From an uncultured Eubacteriales bacterium (lineage in GTDB: Bacteria; Acidobacteriota; Aminicenantia; Aminicenantales; Aminicenantaceae), in assembly GCA_964580235.1 (NCBI GenBank), contig CAZOJY010000002.1, positions 12,994 to 76,993 of the forward strand: a DNA stretch of 64,000 nt. Reading direction: 5' to 3'. The notes beneath the pieces were generated by a model. That model saw only the letters and a list, made by a program, of their open reading frames with translations, was not told the origin of the DNA and made no database searches. Position numbers and translations under genes: made by a program. Shown here piece by piece: positions 48,710-57,182 of this stretch. Each line of letters begins with the position of its first letter. Positions within the stretch are counted from its first letter, which is position 1.

Positions 48710-48966
48710 CTATTTTTCCTCCTGATGCAGTATTATTTATAAAAATTGCAGACGAGACCATCTTTCTTTATTATCCTTTCTTAATATTGCTCGGAATTTG
48801 ATTATTCCAGATTAACAAAGTTATGTCAAAAAAGACAGAACCGGGATAAAACCTCACTTTCATTTTGAAACAAAAGCACAGCGGGCTGACGGATCCATTT
48901 TCTGAAATGCTGTTGAAATTGTGTGGCTATTCTGATATTTTTGTCGTGGTAAAAAGTGCCATCTGC

Positions 48967-49764
48967 ATGCACAAAGTATCAAAAGCTCTCATCGTCCACA
49001 AAAAGACCTGGGGAGATTACGTCCTCCTCGGCTTCCAGGCCAAAAAAATAGCCAACGAAGCCCAACCCGGCCAGTTCATCATGGTTCGCACAGACGCTCA
49101 GCTGCACCCTCTTCTGCGCCGGCCTTTTAGCATTCATTCTGTCCAGAACAGTGTGATGGAAATCTTTTTTCAAAAATCCGGGATTGGAACAACCCGTATG
49201 AGTTTAAAAGAACGAGGCGATGTTTTGGATATCATCGGTCCGCTGGGAAAAGGGTTCTGTTTGGAACGTGCTCTCTGTGGAAAAAATGTCGCTCTCATCG
49301 GAGGAGGAAGAGGTATTGCGCCGCTGTGTTTTCTTGCCCGCAGGCTGCGTAATCTAGGGGCAAATCCTCGCATCTTTTATGGAGGAAAAACGAAGGCCGA
49401 TATTCCCCTCAGACAAAAATTTATAACAGAAAATTTTAAAATTTTCCTTTCGACCGATGACGGATCTCATGGTTTCAAAGGTTTTGTCACCGATCTTTTC
49501 CGGGCCACACTCCACGAATTCCCACCATTCCGGATTTTCGCCTGCGGACCTGAAGCCATGATGCAAAAAGTTTTTCAAATCGCCCGAGCAAAAAAGATCT
49601 CCGCAGAGTTTTCGCTGGAATCAATCATGGGCTGCGGGTTTGGCGCGTGTTGGGGATGTGTGCGGAAAATCAAGAACAACACCAAAGAAGAATGGATAAA
49701 AATCTGCGAGGAGGGACCTGTGTTTGCCGGCGATCAAATCATTTGGCAAAAAGAGGAGTCATGA
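48967..49764 (+). CDS. pyrK: dihydroorotate dehydrogenase electron-transfer subunit
   Basis: FAD/NAD-binding fold (RRPFSI, GGGRGIAPL) and C-terminal 2Fe-2S cysteines CGFGACWGCV. I prefer ATG 48967 over the longer track ORF. Confidence 0.85.
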   Translation: MHKVSKALIVHKKTWGDYVLLGFQAKKIANEAQPGQFIMVRTDAQLHPLLRRPFSIHSVQNSVMEIFFQKSGIGTTRMSLKERGDVLDIIGPLGKGFCLERALCGKNVALIGGGRGIAPLCFLARRLRNLGANPRIFYGGKTKADIPLRQKFITENFKIFLSTDDGSHGFKGFVTDLFRATLHEFPPFRIFACGPEAMMQKVFQIARAKKISAEFSLESIMGCGFGACWGCVRKIKNNTKEEWIKICEEGPVFAGDQIIWQKEES

Positions 49765-50672
49765 TAGATCTGTCGGTCGATCTGGGTTTTCTACGGCTCA
49801 AGAATCCCGTGCTCACTGCCAGTGGGACATTTGGCTATGGTGTGGAATTCGTTCCCTTTATGGATTTAAACAGGCTCGGCGGACTCGTAGTCAAAGGACT
49901 TTATTTCAATCCCCGTCCTGGCAATCCTCCTCCGCGGCTTGTCGAAACAGCAAGCGGATTAATAAACGCCATCGGTCTCCAGGGAATTGGGGTAAAAAAA
50001 TTTTCCGCAGAAATTCTTCCTCACCTCAGGGGTTTTGACACAGCCCTTATCGTCAATGTCTGCGGCAACGAGGATGAGGAGTATGCAGCGGTCGTAGAAT
50101 ATCTGGACAAACAGGAAGGTATCGCTGCCTATGAGCTGAATATATCCTGTCCGAACACAAAACGGGAGGGCAAATGTCCAGCTTTAACTCCGGAGACCAC
50201 CCATGCAGTCGTTAAATTGGTAAAGGCGACAAGCTCCCGACCGGTGATTACAAAACTTTCCCCCAATGTTACGGATATCGTCGAGATTGCCTTGAGCGCA
50301 CAGGAAGCCGGTTCGGATGGGCTTGCGCTGGCGAATACCTTTTTGGCCATGGCCATCGATGTGGATAAACAGACATCAAAACTGGCCAATATATTCGGCG
50401 GGCTCAGCGGACCAGCGATCAAGCCCCTCACCCTGCGTATGGTTTATCAGGTTGCTCAACGTGTCCAAATCCCGATTGTGGGAATCGGGGGGATTGCAAC
50501 CAGCAGCGATGCACTCGAGTACATGATTGCCGGCGCAAGCGCCATCGAAGTGGGAACGGCTAACTTTGTCGATCCTAAATCAACGATAAAAATCATCCGG
50601 GGCCTTGAACTGTACTGCCAAAAAAAGGGGATCGAAAGCATCCAAAAAATCACCGGAACTCTCAAGGTATAA
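49761..50672 (+). CDS. pyrD: dihydroorotate dehydrogenase (class 1B) catalytic subunit
   Basis: LKNPVLTASGTFGYG, NISCPNT and GIGGIATSSDALEYMIAGASAIEVGTA. ATG 49761 overlaps the pyrK stop (ATGA). Confidence 0.9.
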   Translation: MIDLSVDLGFLRLKNPVLTASGTFGYGVEFVPFMDLNRLGGLVVKGLYFNPRPGNPPPRLVETASGLINAIGLQGIGVKKFSAEILPHLRGFDTALIVNVCGNEDEEYAAVVEYLDKQEGIAAYELNISCPNTKREGKCPALTPETTHAVVKLVKATSSRPVITKLSPNVTDIVEIALSAQEAGSDGLALANTFLAMAIDVDKQTSKLANIFGGLSGPAIKPLTLRMVYQVAQRVQIPIVGIGGIATSSDALEYMIAGASAIEVGTANFVDPKSTIKIIRGLELYCQKKGIESIQKITGTLKV

Positions 50673-50699
50673 GCGTTCCTGTATAAGGATAACAGAAAA

Positions 50700-51455
50700 A
50701 TGAAAGAAAAGAATGAACTGGCCCGAAAAATTATCATCGCCTTGGATGTTTACACAAAACAGGACGCTCTATCCTTAGTTCAAGAACTCCCGGGAGCGGA
50801 CACCTTTAAAGTGGGGCTTACACTTTTTATTTCAGAAGGTCCTCTGCTTCTGGAGGAAATTCAGAGGCAAGGAAAAAAGATCTTTTTGGACCTCAAGCTG
50901 CATGACATCCCCAACCAGGTCGCCGGTGCTGTCAAGGCAGGAGTCGGGTATGGTGTTCACATGATGACTATGCATGCTTCGGGAGGTCAGGAAATGATGG
51001 CCCTGGCAGCGGAGAGTGCGGCACGGGAGGCCGAACAAATAAATCGGGACAGGCCGCTCCTGCTCGCCGTTACTGTCCTCACCAGTCTTAAGGAAGAACA
51101 CCTCCATGATATCGGAATGGATGATATAGTTGACGAACAAGTTTTAAGACTGTCAAGATTGGCCAAGAAGAACGGGATGGATGGTGTGGTGTGCTCTCCT
51201 CAGGAAATCGATATCATCAAGAAAGAATTCGGTGAAGATTTTATGGTTGTCTCTCCTGGGATTAGACCAGTATGGGCGGCGGCACAAGACCAAAAAAGGA
51301 TATTGACACCTGGTGAAGCTATGGCGAAAAGTGTGGATTATATGGTGATTGGCCGGCCAATTACACAAGCCCCCTCTCCCGCTAACGCTTTCCTCAAGGT
51401 GGTTGAAGAATTATATCGTGCTGTAAACTCCCCCCACAGCAAAGATTGCACCTAA
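50700..51455 (+). CDS. pyrF: orotidine 5'-phosphate decarboxylase
   Basis: IIALDV, DLKLHDIPNQV and MVIGRPITQA. Confidence 0.9.
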   Translation: MKEKNELARKIIIALDVYTKQDALSLVQELPGADTFKVGLTLFISEGPLLLEEIQRQGKKIFLDLKLHDIPNQVAGAVKAGVGYGVHMMTMHASGGQEMMALAAESAAREAEQINRDRPLLLAVTVLTSLKEEHLHDIGMDDIVDEQVLRLSRLAKKNGMDGVVCSPQEIDIIKKEFGEDFMVVSPGIRPVWAAAQDQKRILTPGEAMAKSVDYMVIGRPITQAPSPANAFLKVVEELYRAVNSPHSKDCT

Positions 51456-52007
51456 CAAAACTATCACGACTATCAAAAGGATGGCGACCACTACCATACT
51501 CACGATCAGGTAAGATACAATTTTTTCTTTGGGAGTCTCCATCATCGGACAGGCAAACCCGAGATAAAGGACATAAATCCCATATAGACTCGCCAACACA
51601 GCCAATATACCTAAAGAGGGAATGATATGGAGAACACCTGCCACCCATACGGGGGTCATGCTGTAAACAGCCAGCTTCATCGCAGCAGTTGCGTCAGATT
51701 TTGATGAAAATGTCGGAGCGAGGGCGTTGATGACGATGCCAAAGACATAGGCAGCAATGAGAGAAAGAACAAAATAAAGTATCGCATACAAGAGGCCGGA
51801 TCCGATTCCCATCCGGTACCGTCCCACAAAGGGGATTCTGCGGCCCACAAGGCTCAATCCAATAAACTGAGCAACGGCCGGGATCGCCAACAAAATCACA
51901 GCATAGGAAGTAAAGAGTTCCGCAATCGTGATCTTTTCTTCCTTTATCTTAACCCATTCTTCTTTCGGCTTTAAAATTATCTGTTGAACGCGACTGACGA
52001 TATCCAT
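51411..52007 (-). CDS. Yip1 family membrane protein (YohC/DUF1282-like)
   Basis: MDIVSRVQQIILKPKEEW N-terminus followed by five TM helices. Strong AGGAGGA Shine-Dalgarno. The 3' end overlaps pyrF by 45 nt in convergent orientation. Confidence 0.65.
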   Translation of the reverse strand: MDIVSRVQQIILKPKEEWVKIKEEKITIAELFTSYAVILLAIPAVAQFIGLSLVGRRIPFVGRYRMGIGSGLLYAILYFVLSLIAAYVFGIVINALAPTFSSKSDATAAMKLAVYSMTPVWVAGVLHIIPSLGILAVLASLYGIYVLYLGFACPMMETPKEKIVSYLIVSMVVVAILLIVVIVLLGAIFAVGGVYSTI

Positions 52008-52037
52008 CTGTGTCCTCCTTCCTATTGGATTGCCAAA

Positions 52038-52066
52038 ACTATATAATTTTTAATTTCTTATGTCAA
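52038..52066 (-). promoter_or_regulatory. sigma-70-like promoter of the Yip1 family gene
   Basis: Minus strand: TTGACA (52066-61), 17-nt spacer, TATAGT (52043-38). Confidence 0.45.
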
Positions 52067-52119
52067 ATGAAATGGTTTATTAATGCCGATGGGGACAGAA
52101 AAATTGTTAAAGTTTAAAA

Positions 52120-52195
52120 TGGAGGCGCGGGTCGGATTCGAACCGACGAATCGGGGTTTTGCAGACCCCTCCCTTAGCCACTTGGGTACCGCGCC
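52120..52195 (-). tRNA. tRNA-Cys (anticodon GCA), CCA encoded
   Basis: I folded it by hand. 7-bp acceptor GGCGCGG/CCGCGCC, anticodon stem GGGGT/ACCCC with loop CTGCAAA, T arm GTCGG-TTCGAAT-CCGAC, and 3' TCCA. Length 76 nt. Confidence 0.95.
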
Positions 52196-52225
52196 TCATC
52201 CATCGTGATTGCACACAGAAAAAAA

Positions 52226-52300
52226 TGGAGCGGACGATGGGATTTGAACCCACGACCTTCTGCTTGGCAAGCAGACGTTCTACCACTGAACTACGCCCGC
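52226..52300 (-). tRNA. tRNA-Gly (anticodon GCC), CCA encoded
   Basis: GCGGGCGTAGTTCAGTGGTAGAACG..., anticodon stem TCTGC/GCAGA with loop TTGCCAA, T arm GTGGG-TTCAAAT-CCCAT, and acceptor pairing with one G-U. Length 75 nt. Confidence 0.95.
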
Positions 52301-52333
52301 TCTCTGAAGCCTTTCAACAAAAGCTCTGGGGGT

Positions 52334-52362
52334 AAACTACCAAAATCCATAATTTCTGTCAA
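52334..52362 (-). promoter_or_regulatory. possible sigma-70-like promoter of the tRNA-Gly/tRNA-Cys pair
   Basis: Minus strand: TTGACA (52362-57), 17-nt spacer, TAGTTT (52339-34). It lies about 35 nt upstream of the tRNA-Gly 5' end. Confidence 0.35.
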
Positions 52363-52490
52363 TAATACCCCCTATCTTCTTCATGACTAAACACAAGCAG
52401 AAAGGGTAAAAAACTATCGGTGGTTTTTATGAATAACCACTCCAGCCCACCCAACAATAGTATTGTGACAAGGAAGTGGCCGGTTGGTAT

Positions 52491-53714
52491 TTATCTTGTC
52501 TGGACAAGATCCCCGATCAGCAGGGCATCTTTACAGGAGAGAATCTTCACCGTGCAGGTTCTCTTCTGAGTGTCGATAACCACCATATTCCCGAATATAT
52601 AAAGAGGCGTTCCCTCATAGAGATTCCTGTATGCAATAAGCTGCTGGCCTAACTGAATACCATCGACCTCCCCCAAGTTTAAAAGGGCCCAGGCACCAGT
52701 CCCGGCCTGGACAAAATCTTCTTTCAAATAAAGAATTTCTCCCTTCAGGCCGTCGGTTTTATAAGGCGGCACATTGTAACCCAGGTCCTTGCCCATCCGC
52801 CCCTCTTTCTCTTCGAAGGGGACCAGGTAGTTTCCAACCATAACCGGACCGCAGGCTTTTTCAACACGAGCAGAAGCCGTATTTTCTTCAAGAGCCACTA
52901 CCCGGACTCTTCCGCGTTGGTGAACCAGAGGGCCATATCCCGGAATCGGCTCTCCTACCTCGAGCACCATGAACATCTGTCCTTCTTCGATCCCAGCATT
53001 CCGTCCCTTGTTGATGTAAACAATATCCCCGTTGTTAAACTGAACCCGTTCATATGCCCTTTCGGCTCCGAATATTTTTGTATCCGGCTCGTCGCCATCC
53101 AAGATATAAAATGAGCAATACAGGTCTGTTTCAGAAAGGAGGTCATAAATTTCTCTATAAATTTTCGCTTTCTCGACCTCATATTCATCTGCCGTTTCTT
53201 GTTCCGGCACCGGAGCCTCTGCAAATCCTGTTTCTTCTGGAGCCCCGGGAGAGGCTATGACCACCCTCTGCAGGGAAATGTTGCCGCAGGCTTTGGGCAT
53301 AATGAATTCATAATGTTTATTGCCATCTACAACGGTAAAAGAATAAACGGATAACGGATTGTTCCCTGCCCATTCAAGATCATGAACAACTTTAACCTTT
53401 CCTCCGGAGCGGAACATCATCCACACCATCTTTTCTCCGATGGCCAGTTGTTTTTCTCCGTAGGCAGATTGTTTTAACTGATCCATAAAAGGAAGGGATA
53501 AACCGCTGTATCCAGCCAGGCTAAATCCATTTTGGATATCGCCGGAAAATTTATCCAGAAGAGTCTGTAACACTTGTTCGGTTGGCATATCATTTTTGAT
53601 GTTTGCCAGTTTGAACCGTCCGATCTCTCTTAGCTTTTTGGTCTCGGCATGCACTCCCAAAGTGAACAGAAAAAAAATTCCGATAATGAAAAATGCCCAT
53701 TTTTTATTGTTCAT
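52491..53714 (-). CDS. hypothetical secreted protein (407 aa from ATG 53714)
   Basis: ATG 53714 is preceded by AGGAGG (53725-20). Signal peptide MNNKKWAFFIIGIFFLFTLGVHA. No family recognised. Confidence 0.7.
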   Translation of the reverse strand: MNNKKWAFFIIGIFFLFTLGVHAETKKLREIGRFKLANIKNDMPTEQVLQTLLDKFSGDIQNGFSLAGYSGLSLPFMDQLKQSAYGEKQLAIGEKMVWMMFRSGGKVKVVHDLEWAGNNPLSVYSFTVVDGNKHYEFIMPKACGNISLQRVVIASPGAPEETGFAEAPVPEQETADEYEVEKAKIYREIYDLLSETDLYCSFYILDGDEPDTKIFGAERAYERVQFNNGDIVYINKGRNAGIEEGQMFMVLEVGEPIPGYGPLVHQRGRVRVVALEENTASARVEKACGPVMVGNYLVPFEEKEGRMGKDLGYNVPPYKTDGLKGEILYLKEDFVQAGTGAWALLNLGEVDGIQLGQQLIAYRNLYEGTPLYIFGNMVVIDTQKRTCTVKILSCKDALLIGDLVQTR

Positions 53715-53826
53715 CCCAGCCTCCTTTTTTAACCAGATAGAACCCTTCATCCCGGAGAAAGGTTTGAGTAAAGATTCTCACTTTTTAGCCTATTGCTTAT
53801 GGTAATCGATCCAAAATTTTGTCCCT

Positions 53827-53855
53827 ATTATATTCTCCACATATTGCCCTGTCAA
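53827..53855 (-). promoter_or_regulatory. perfect-consensus sigma-70 promoter (TTGACA-17-TATAAT) driving the secreted-protein gene through a ~105-nt leader
   Basis: Minus strand: TTGACA (53855-50), 17-nt spacer, TATAAT (53832-27). Confidence 0.55.
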
Positions 53856-54053
53856 CAGCCATTCCTCTTTTCCTATGCCGCATGTCTCTGCTTTGACTTT
53901 CCAATCCTGAGCCGCACAAATCCACTCTGGGTTCTCATTCTTTTGAGTCGGATAGAAAGAGAATTTATTGAATACAAATTGCTTCAGCAAAAATTTCAAT
54001 GCCAGGTGACATTTTCCCGCAGCCAGCGGCGTCTATATTCATGGAGGTCAAAA

Positions 54054-54446
54054 ATGTCAAAATCTTTGGATAAACCACAGTATTCCTATCTGGAAAACTT
54101 GGAATGTTGGCAACAGGCAAAAAATCTGGCCGTGGATATGTATCAATTTTCTTCGGACGGAAACTTCAGCAATGATTTTGTCCTGCGAGATCAATTGAGA
54201 AAATCAGCACTGGCAATCGCTTCTCAGATTGCCTGTGGAAAGGAACGAGGCAGTGCCGCCGAGTTCATCAAATTTTTAGGATCTGCAAAAGCTTCCGCTG
54301 CAGAGCTTCGCACTCAACTTATCATCTCAAGGGAGATCGGCTTTCTGTCGGAAGGAGATTTTCTGGATTTTGAAGATAAAATCAACAGAATATCCGCCAT
54401 GATCGGAGGACTGGTACGAGCCATTCGCAAGCGCAGAGAGGGTTAA
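54054..54446 (+). CDS. four-helix-bundle protein (23S rRNA intervening-sequence protein / Avd family)
   Basis: WQQAKNLAVDMYQF...LRDQLRKSALAIASQIACGKERGSAAEFIKFLGSAKASAAELRTQLIIS is the characteristic pattern of this family. ATG 54054 follows GGAGG. Confidence 0.8.
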   Translation: MSKSLDKPQYSYLENLECWQQAKNLAVDMYQFSSDGNFSNDFVLRDQLRKSALAIASQIACGKERGSAAEFIKFLGSAKASAAELRTQLIISREIGFLSEGDFLDFEDKINRISAMIGGLVRAIRKRREG

Positions 54447-54448
54447 AA

Positions 54449-54477
54449 ATAGACAAGATAGATCAATTTCGATACAA
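54449..54477 (+). promoter_or_regulatory. sigma-70-like promoter of ddl-ruvX-mltG
   Basis: TAGACA (54449-54), 17-nt spacer, TACAAT (54472-77). Confidence 0.4.
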
Positions 54478-54501
54478 TGAACGCATACGGAAAAAAGCTG
54501 A

Positions 54502-55569
54502 ATGGCACAAAAAATAAAAGTGGCTCTTCTTTGCGGCGGCCGTTCGGCCGAACACGAGGTTTCCCTTACCTCTGCCGCATCGATATTCAAGAACCTTGAC
54601 AGACAAAAATATGACACGTCATGCATCTATATTAATAAACAGGGATTTTGGAGGGGCGTTAAATCGCCATTGCTTCCGCAGTCCGAGCTGGAAAATGGCC
54701 CATTTTTAACCTTTTTGCCTTGGGGAAATAAGCGCTCATCTTCTCCTATCGATGCTGATATATATTTCCCAGTCCTCCACGGTCCATACGGAGAGGACGG
54801 CACCATCCAAGGACTCTTCGAAATGGCCGATGTCCCGTATGTGGGAGCTGCTGTTCTTGCCTCGGCGACCGGAATGGACAAAGCCATAGCCAAGAGCCTG
54901 TTCCTGGATAAAAAATTGCCGGTCGTGAAGCATTTCATGCTCTCCGAATCGATCTGGAACGAACAACCCACCAAAACTCTTGACCGGATTCGAACGGATT
55001 TTTCTCCTCCTTTTTTTGTCAAACCCGCCAACCTGGGTTCGAGCGTGGGCATCACCAAAGTCACAAATCTCGATCAGGCCAAATCTGCCCTCCTGACCGC
55101 CTTCAAGTACGATGCCAGGGTATTGATCGAGCAGGGGATTCACGGGCGCGAGATCGAATGCAGCGTTCTGGGAAACGCCAATCCTGATGCCTCTCTTCCT
55201 GGCGAAATCATGCCCTACAGAGATTTCTATGACTACAGGGACAAATACATCGAGGGCAAAACGACCTTCAAAATCCCGGCAGAACTGCCTCTGAATGTCA
55301 CGAAAAAAATCCAGCGCATCGCCATCGAAGCTTTTCGTGCCATCGATTGTTCAGGGATGGCCCGGGTGGATTTTTTTCTCCAACAGGGTACAGAGAAAAT
55401 ATTCCTGAATGAAATCAACACTATCCCAGGATTCACGGAAATCAGTATGTTCCCTAAACTGTGGGAGATAACAGGACTTTCTTTCCCCAGACTTCTGGAC
55501 AGACTGATCAGTCTGGGATTCGAACGCTACAAAAACAAAAAAAGAACAGGAGTACTTTTCGAGCCTTGA
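54502..55569 (+). CDS. ddl: D-alanine--D-alanine ligase
   Basis: LCGGRSAEHEVSL, LHGPYGEDGTIQGLFE, FVKPANLGSSVGI, EIECSVLGN and NEINTIPGFT. Confidence 0.9.
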   Translation: MAQKIKVALLCGGRSAEHEVSLTSAASIFKNLDRQKYDTSCIYINKQGFWRGVKSPLLPQSELENGPFLTFLPWGNKRSSSPIDADIYFPVLHGPYGEDGTIQGLFEMADVPYVGAAVLASATGMDKAIAKSLFLDKKLPVVKHFMLSESIWNEQPTKTLDRIRTDFSPPFFVKPANLGSSVGITKVTNLDQAKSALLTAFKYDARVLIEQGIHGREIECSVLGNANPDASLPGEIMPYRDFYDYRDKYIEGKTTFKIPAELPLNVTKKIQRIAIEAFRAIDCSGMARVDFFLQQGTEKIFLNEINTIPGFTEISMFPKLWEITGLSFPRLLDRLISLGFERYKNKKRTGVLFEP

Positions 55570-55994
55570 GAATTTTAGGAATCGACTATGGAGACCGGCA
55601 GATTGGATTAGCCATAAGTGACCATCTCGGATTTACGGCTCAACCTCTGGCAAACTATCGACGGAAAACCCAAAAAGAAGATGAAAAATATTTCAAAACG
55701 CTGATTTCGGAATATGAAATCAGGGAAGTCATTATCGGTATGCCACTGAGAATGGATGGAAGTGCCGGTACAAGGGCTGAAAAAACTCAGGAGTTTGCGC
55801 GCTGGCTAACACAGATTCTGAATCTTCCGATCCAATTTTGGGACGAACGTCTGACCACCAAGCAAGCGAATAAAATCCTCAACCAGCAAAAAATCAAGAG
55901 GAAAGCCAAAAAAGATATCGAGGACCAGATCTCGGCTATGATCATTCTCTCCACCTATCTCGAGAGCAAAAGGGCAAAATCGAATGCTGAGTAA
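55566..55994 (+). CDS. ruvX: Holliday junction resolvase-like / pre-16S rRNA nuclease RuvX (YqgF)
   Basis: LRILGIDYGDRQIGLAISD and DERLTT motifs. TTG 55566 overlaps the ddl stop. Confidence 0.85.
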   Translation: MRILGIDYGDRQIGLAISDHLGFTAQPLANYRRKTQKEDEKYFKTLISEYEIREVIIGMPLRMDGSAGTRAEKTQEFARWLTQILNLPIQFWDERLTTKQANKILNQQKIKRKAKKDIEDQISAMIILSTYLESKRAKSNAE

Positions 55995-56988
55995 AATAAT
56001 TAGAACAAGCCTGATCGCGGCTTCTTTACTCCTGCTTTTTTTTATAACATGGTTTTCTTTAGAATTTTACCGCCCGATGAAAACACAACCGAACACCGTC
56101 GTTTTTGAAGTCGAAAAAGGACAAACAGCAAAGGAGATAGCCATCCAGCTAAAAAAAAATGGGATTATAAAAAAAACATGGCCAATCCTTGTGGGATACA
56201 GGATTTTCTTTTCCGCTCAAAGCCTGAAGGCAGGGGAATATGCCATAACGATTCCCAGCTCTCCGAAGAATATCCTCCATGTTCTCTCTGAGGGAAGTGT
56301 TTATCTTTATCCCATAACGATTCCCGAGGGACTGATTATCGAGGAGATCGCAGATCTGCTGGATTCAAAGGGTTTTGCGGCCAAACAGGATTTTTTAAAG
56401 GATACATCGGATGCATCCCTCATTTCTTCCTTTGACGGGAACGCGACAAATCTAGAAGGATATCTTTTCCCAGAAACCTACCGCTTCGCCAAGGGGACAT
56501 CTTCAAAAGAAATCGTGGCCGCTATGGTTTTTCAGTTCACGAAGGTTTTTTCAAAAGAGTGGAGGGAAAGAGCAAAAAAACTCGGAATGTCAATACGTGA
56601 TATCGTTATTATTGCTTCACTCATAGAAAAGGAAACGTCCCTGCGCAAAGAAAAAAACCTCGTCTCTTCGGTGTTTCACAATCGTTTAAAACTGGGTATG
56701 AAGTTGGATTGCGATCCCACGATAATCTACGCGCTTAAAAAACTGGGGAAATTCAAAGACCGTCTGCACAGCAAAGACCTCAGGCTCGATTCTCCTTTCA
56801 ACACTTACCTTTATCCCGGATTGCCCCCCACTCCGATCGCCAATCCCGGCAGGGATTCTCTTGAAGCGGCCCTTAATCCTGCAGCTGAAAAATTCCTGTA
56901 TTTTGTCTCTAAAAACGACGGGAGCCACCATTTCAGCCAATCCTTCCGCGATCACCAGAACGCAGTCAATAAATATCAGCGGCGTTGA
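55984..56988 (+). CDS. mltG: endolytic murein transglycosylase MltG (YceG family)
   Basis: N-terminal anchor, LEGYLFPETY, ASLIEKET, DPTIIYA and NTYLYPGLPPTPIANPG. Confidence 0.9.
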   Translation: MLSKIIRTSLIAASLLLLFFITWFSLEFYRPMKTQPNTVVFEVEKGQTAKEIAIQLKKNGIIKKTWPILVGYRIFFSAQSLKAGEYAITIPSSPKNILHVLSEGSVYLYPITIPEGLIIEEIADLLDSKGFAAKQDFLKDTSDASLISSFDGNATNLEGYLFPETYRFAKGTSSKEIVAAMVFQFTKVFSKEWRERAKKLGMSIRDIVIIASLIEKETSLRKEKNLVSSVFHNRLKLGMKLDCDPTIIYALKKLGKFKDRLHSKDLRLDSPFNTYLYPGLPPTPIANPGRDSLEAALNPAAEKFLYFVSKNDGSHHFSQSFRDHQNAVNKYQRR

Positions 56989-57066
56989 TAATTTCCATCA
57001 CTTAAACCAGCGGAATAATTCGGTCCAAAACGGATTTTGGTCTGGATTTTTTGCTCAGAATTTTTG

Positions 57067-57095
57067 TAGAAATAAATCCGCCTTTTTGGTATAGT
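57067..57095 (+). promoter_or_regulatory. possible extended -10 sigma-70 promoter of the 57183 gene
   Basis: TAGAAA (57067-72), 17-nt spacer, TGgTATAGT (57087-95). Confidence 0.35.
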
Positions 57096-57182
57096 ATTTG
57101 ATTGAAGCAGAGCAGAGGCATCATCAAAGGAGCACAAACCAAGAATAAGAGAAACCCAAAAGGTTGATCTCGAGGAGGAAAA

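Noticed and set aside
48710-48966. Possible PyrR-binding attenuator or other leader RNA upstream of pyrK-pyrD-pyrF.
   Set aside because: There is only a weak partial resemblance (UUCCAGAUU) to the PyrR loop consensus. I found no terminator/antiterminator pair, and there is no pyrR gene in the window.
52205-52390. 61-aa ORF on the plus strand.
   Set aside because: It is the antisense of tRNA-Gly and the tRNA promoter region. The tRNA folds are unambiguous.
53790-53999. 69-aa minus-strand ORF upstream of the secreted-protein gene.
   Set aside because: It has only a TTG start and no Shine-Dalgarno. The perfect TTGACA-17-TATAAT promoter sits inside it. I kept it only as a possible gene remnant.
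53987-54004. Sigma-54-like TGGCAT...TTGCT on the minus strand (TGGCATTGAAATTTTTGCT).
   Set aside because: The GG-to-GC spacing is 13 nt instead of the required 10. A similar near-miss at 26008-26024 (GGCAAAACCCTTTGC) has 11-nt spacing.
52491-54446. Idea that the Avd-family four-helix-bundle gene marks a diversity-generating retroelement, with the neighbouring secreted protein as its target.
   Set aside because: There is no reverse transcriptase anywhere in the window. I could see no template/variable repeat pair near the 3' end of the neighbouring gene. The genes are divergent rather than in a DGR-like cassette.
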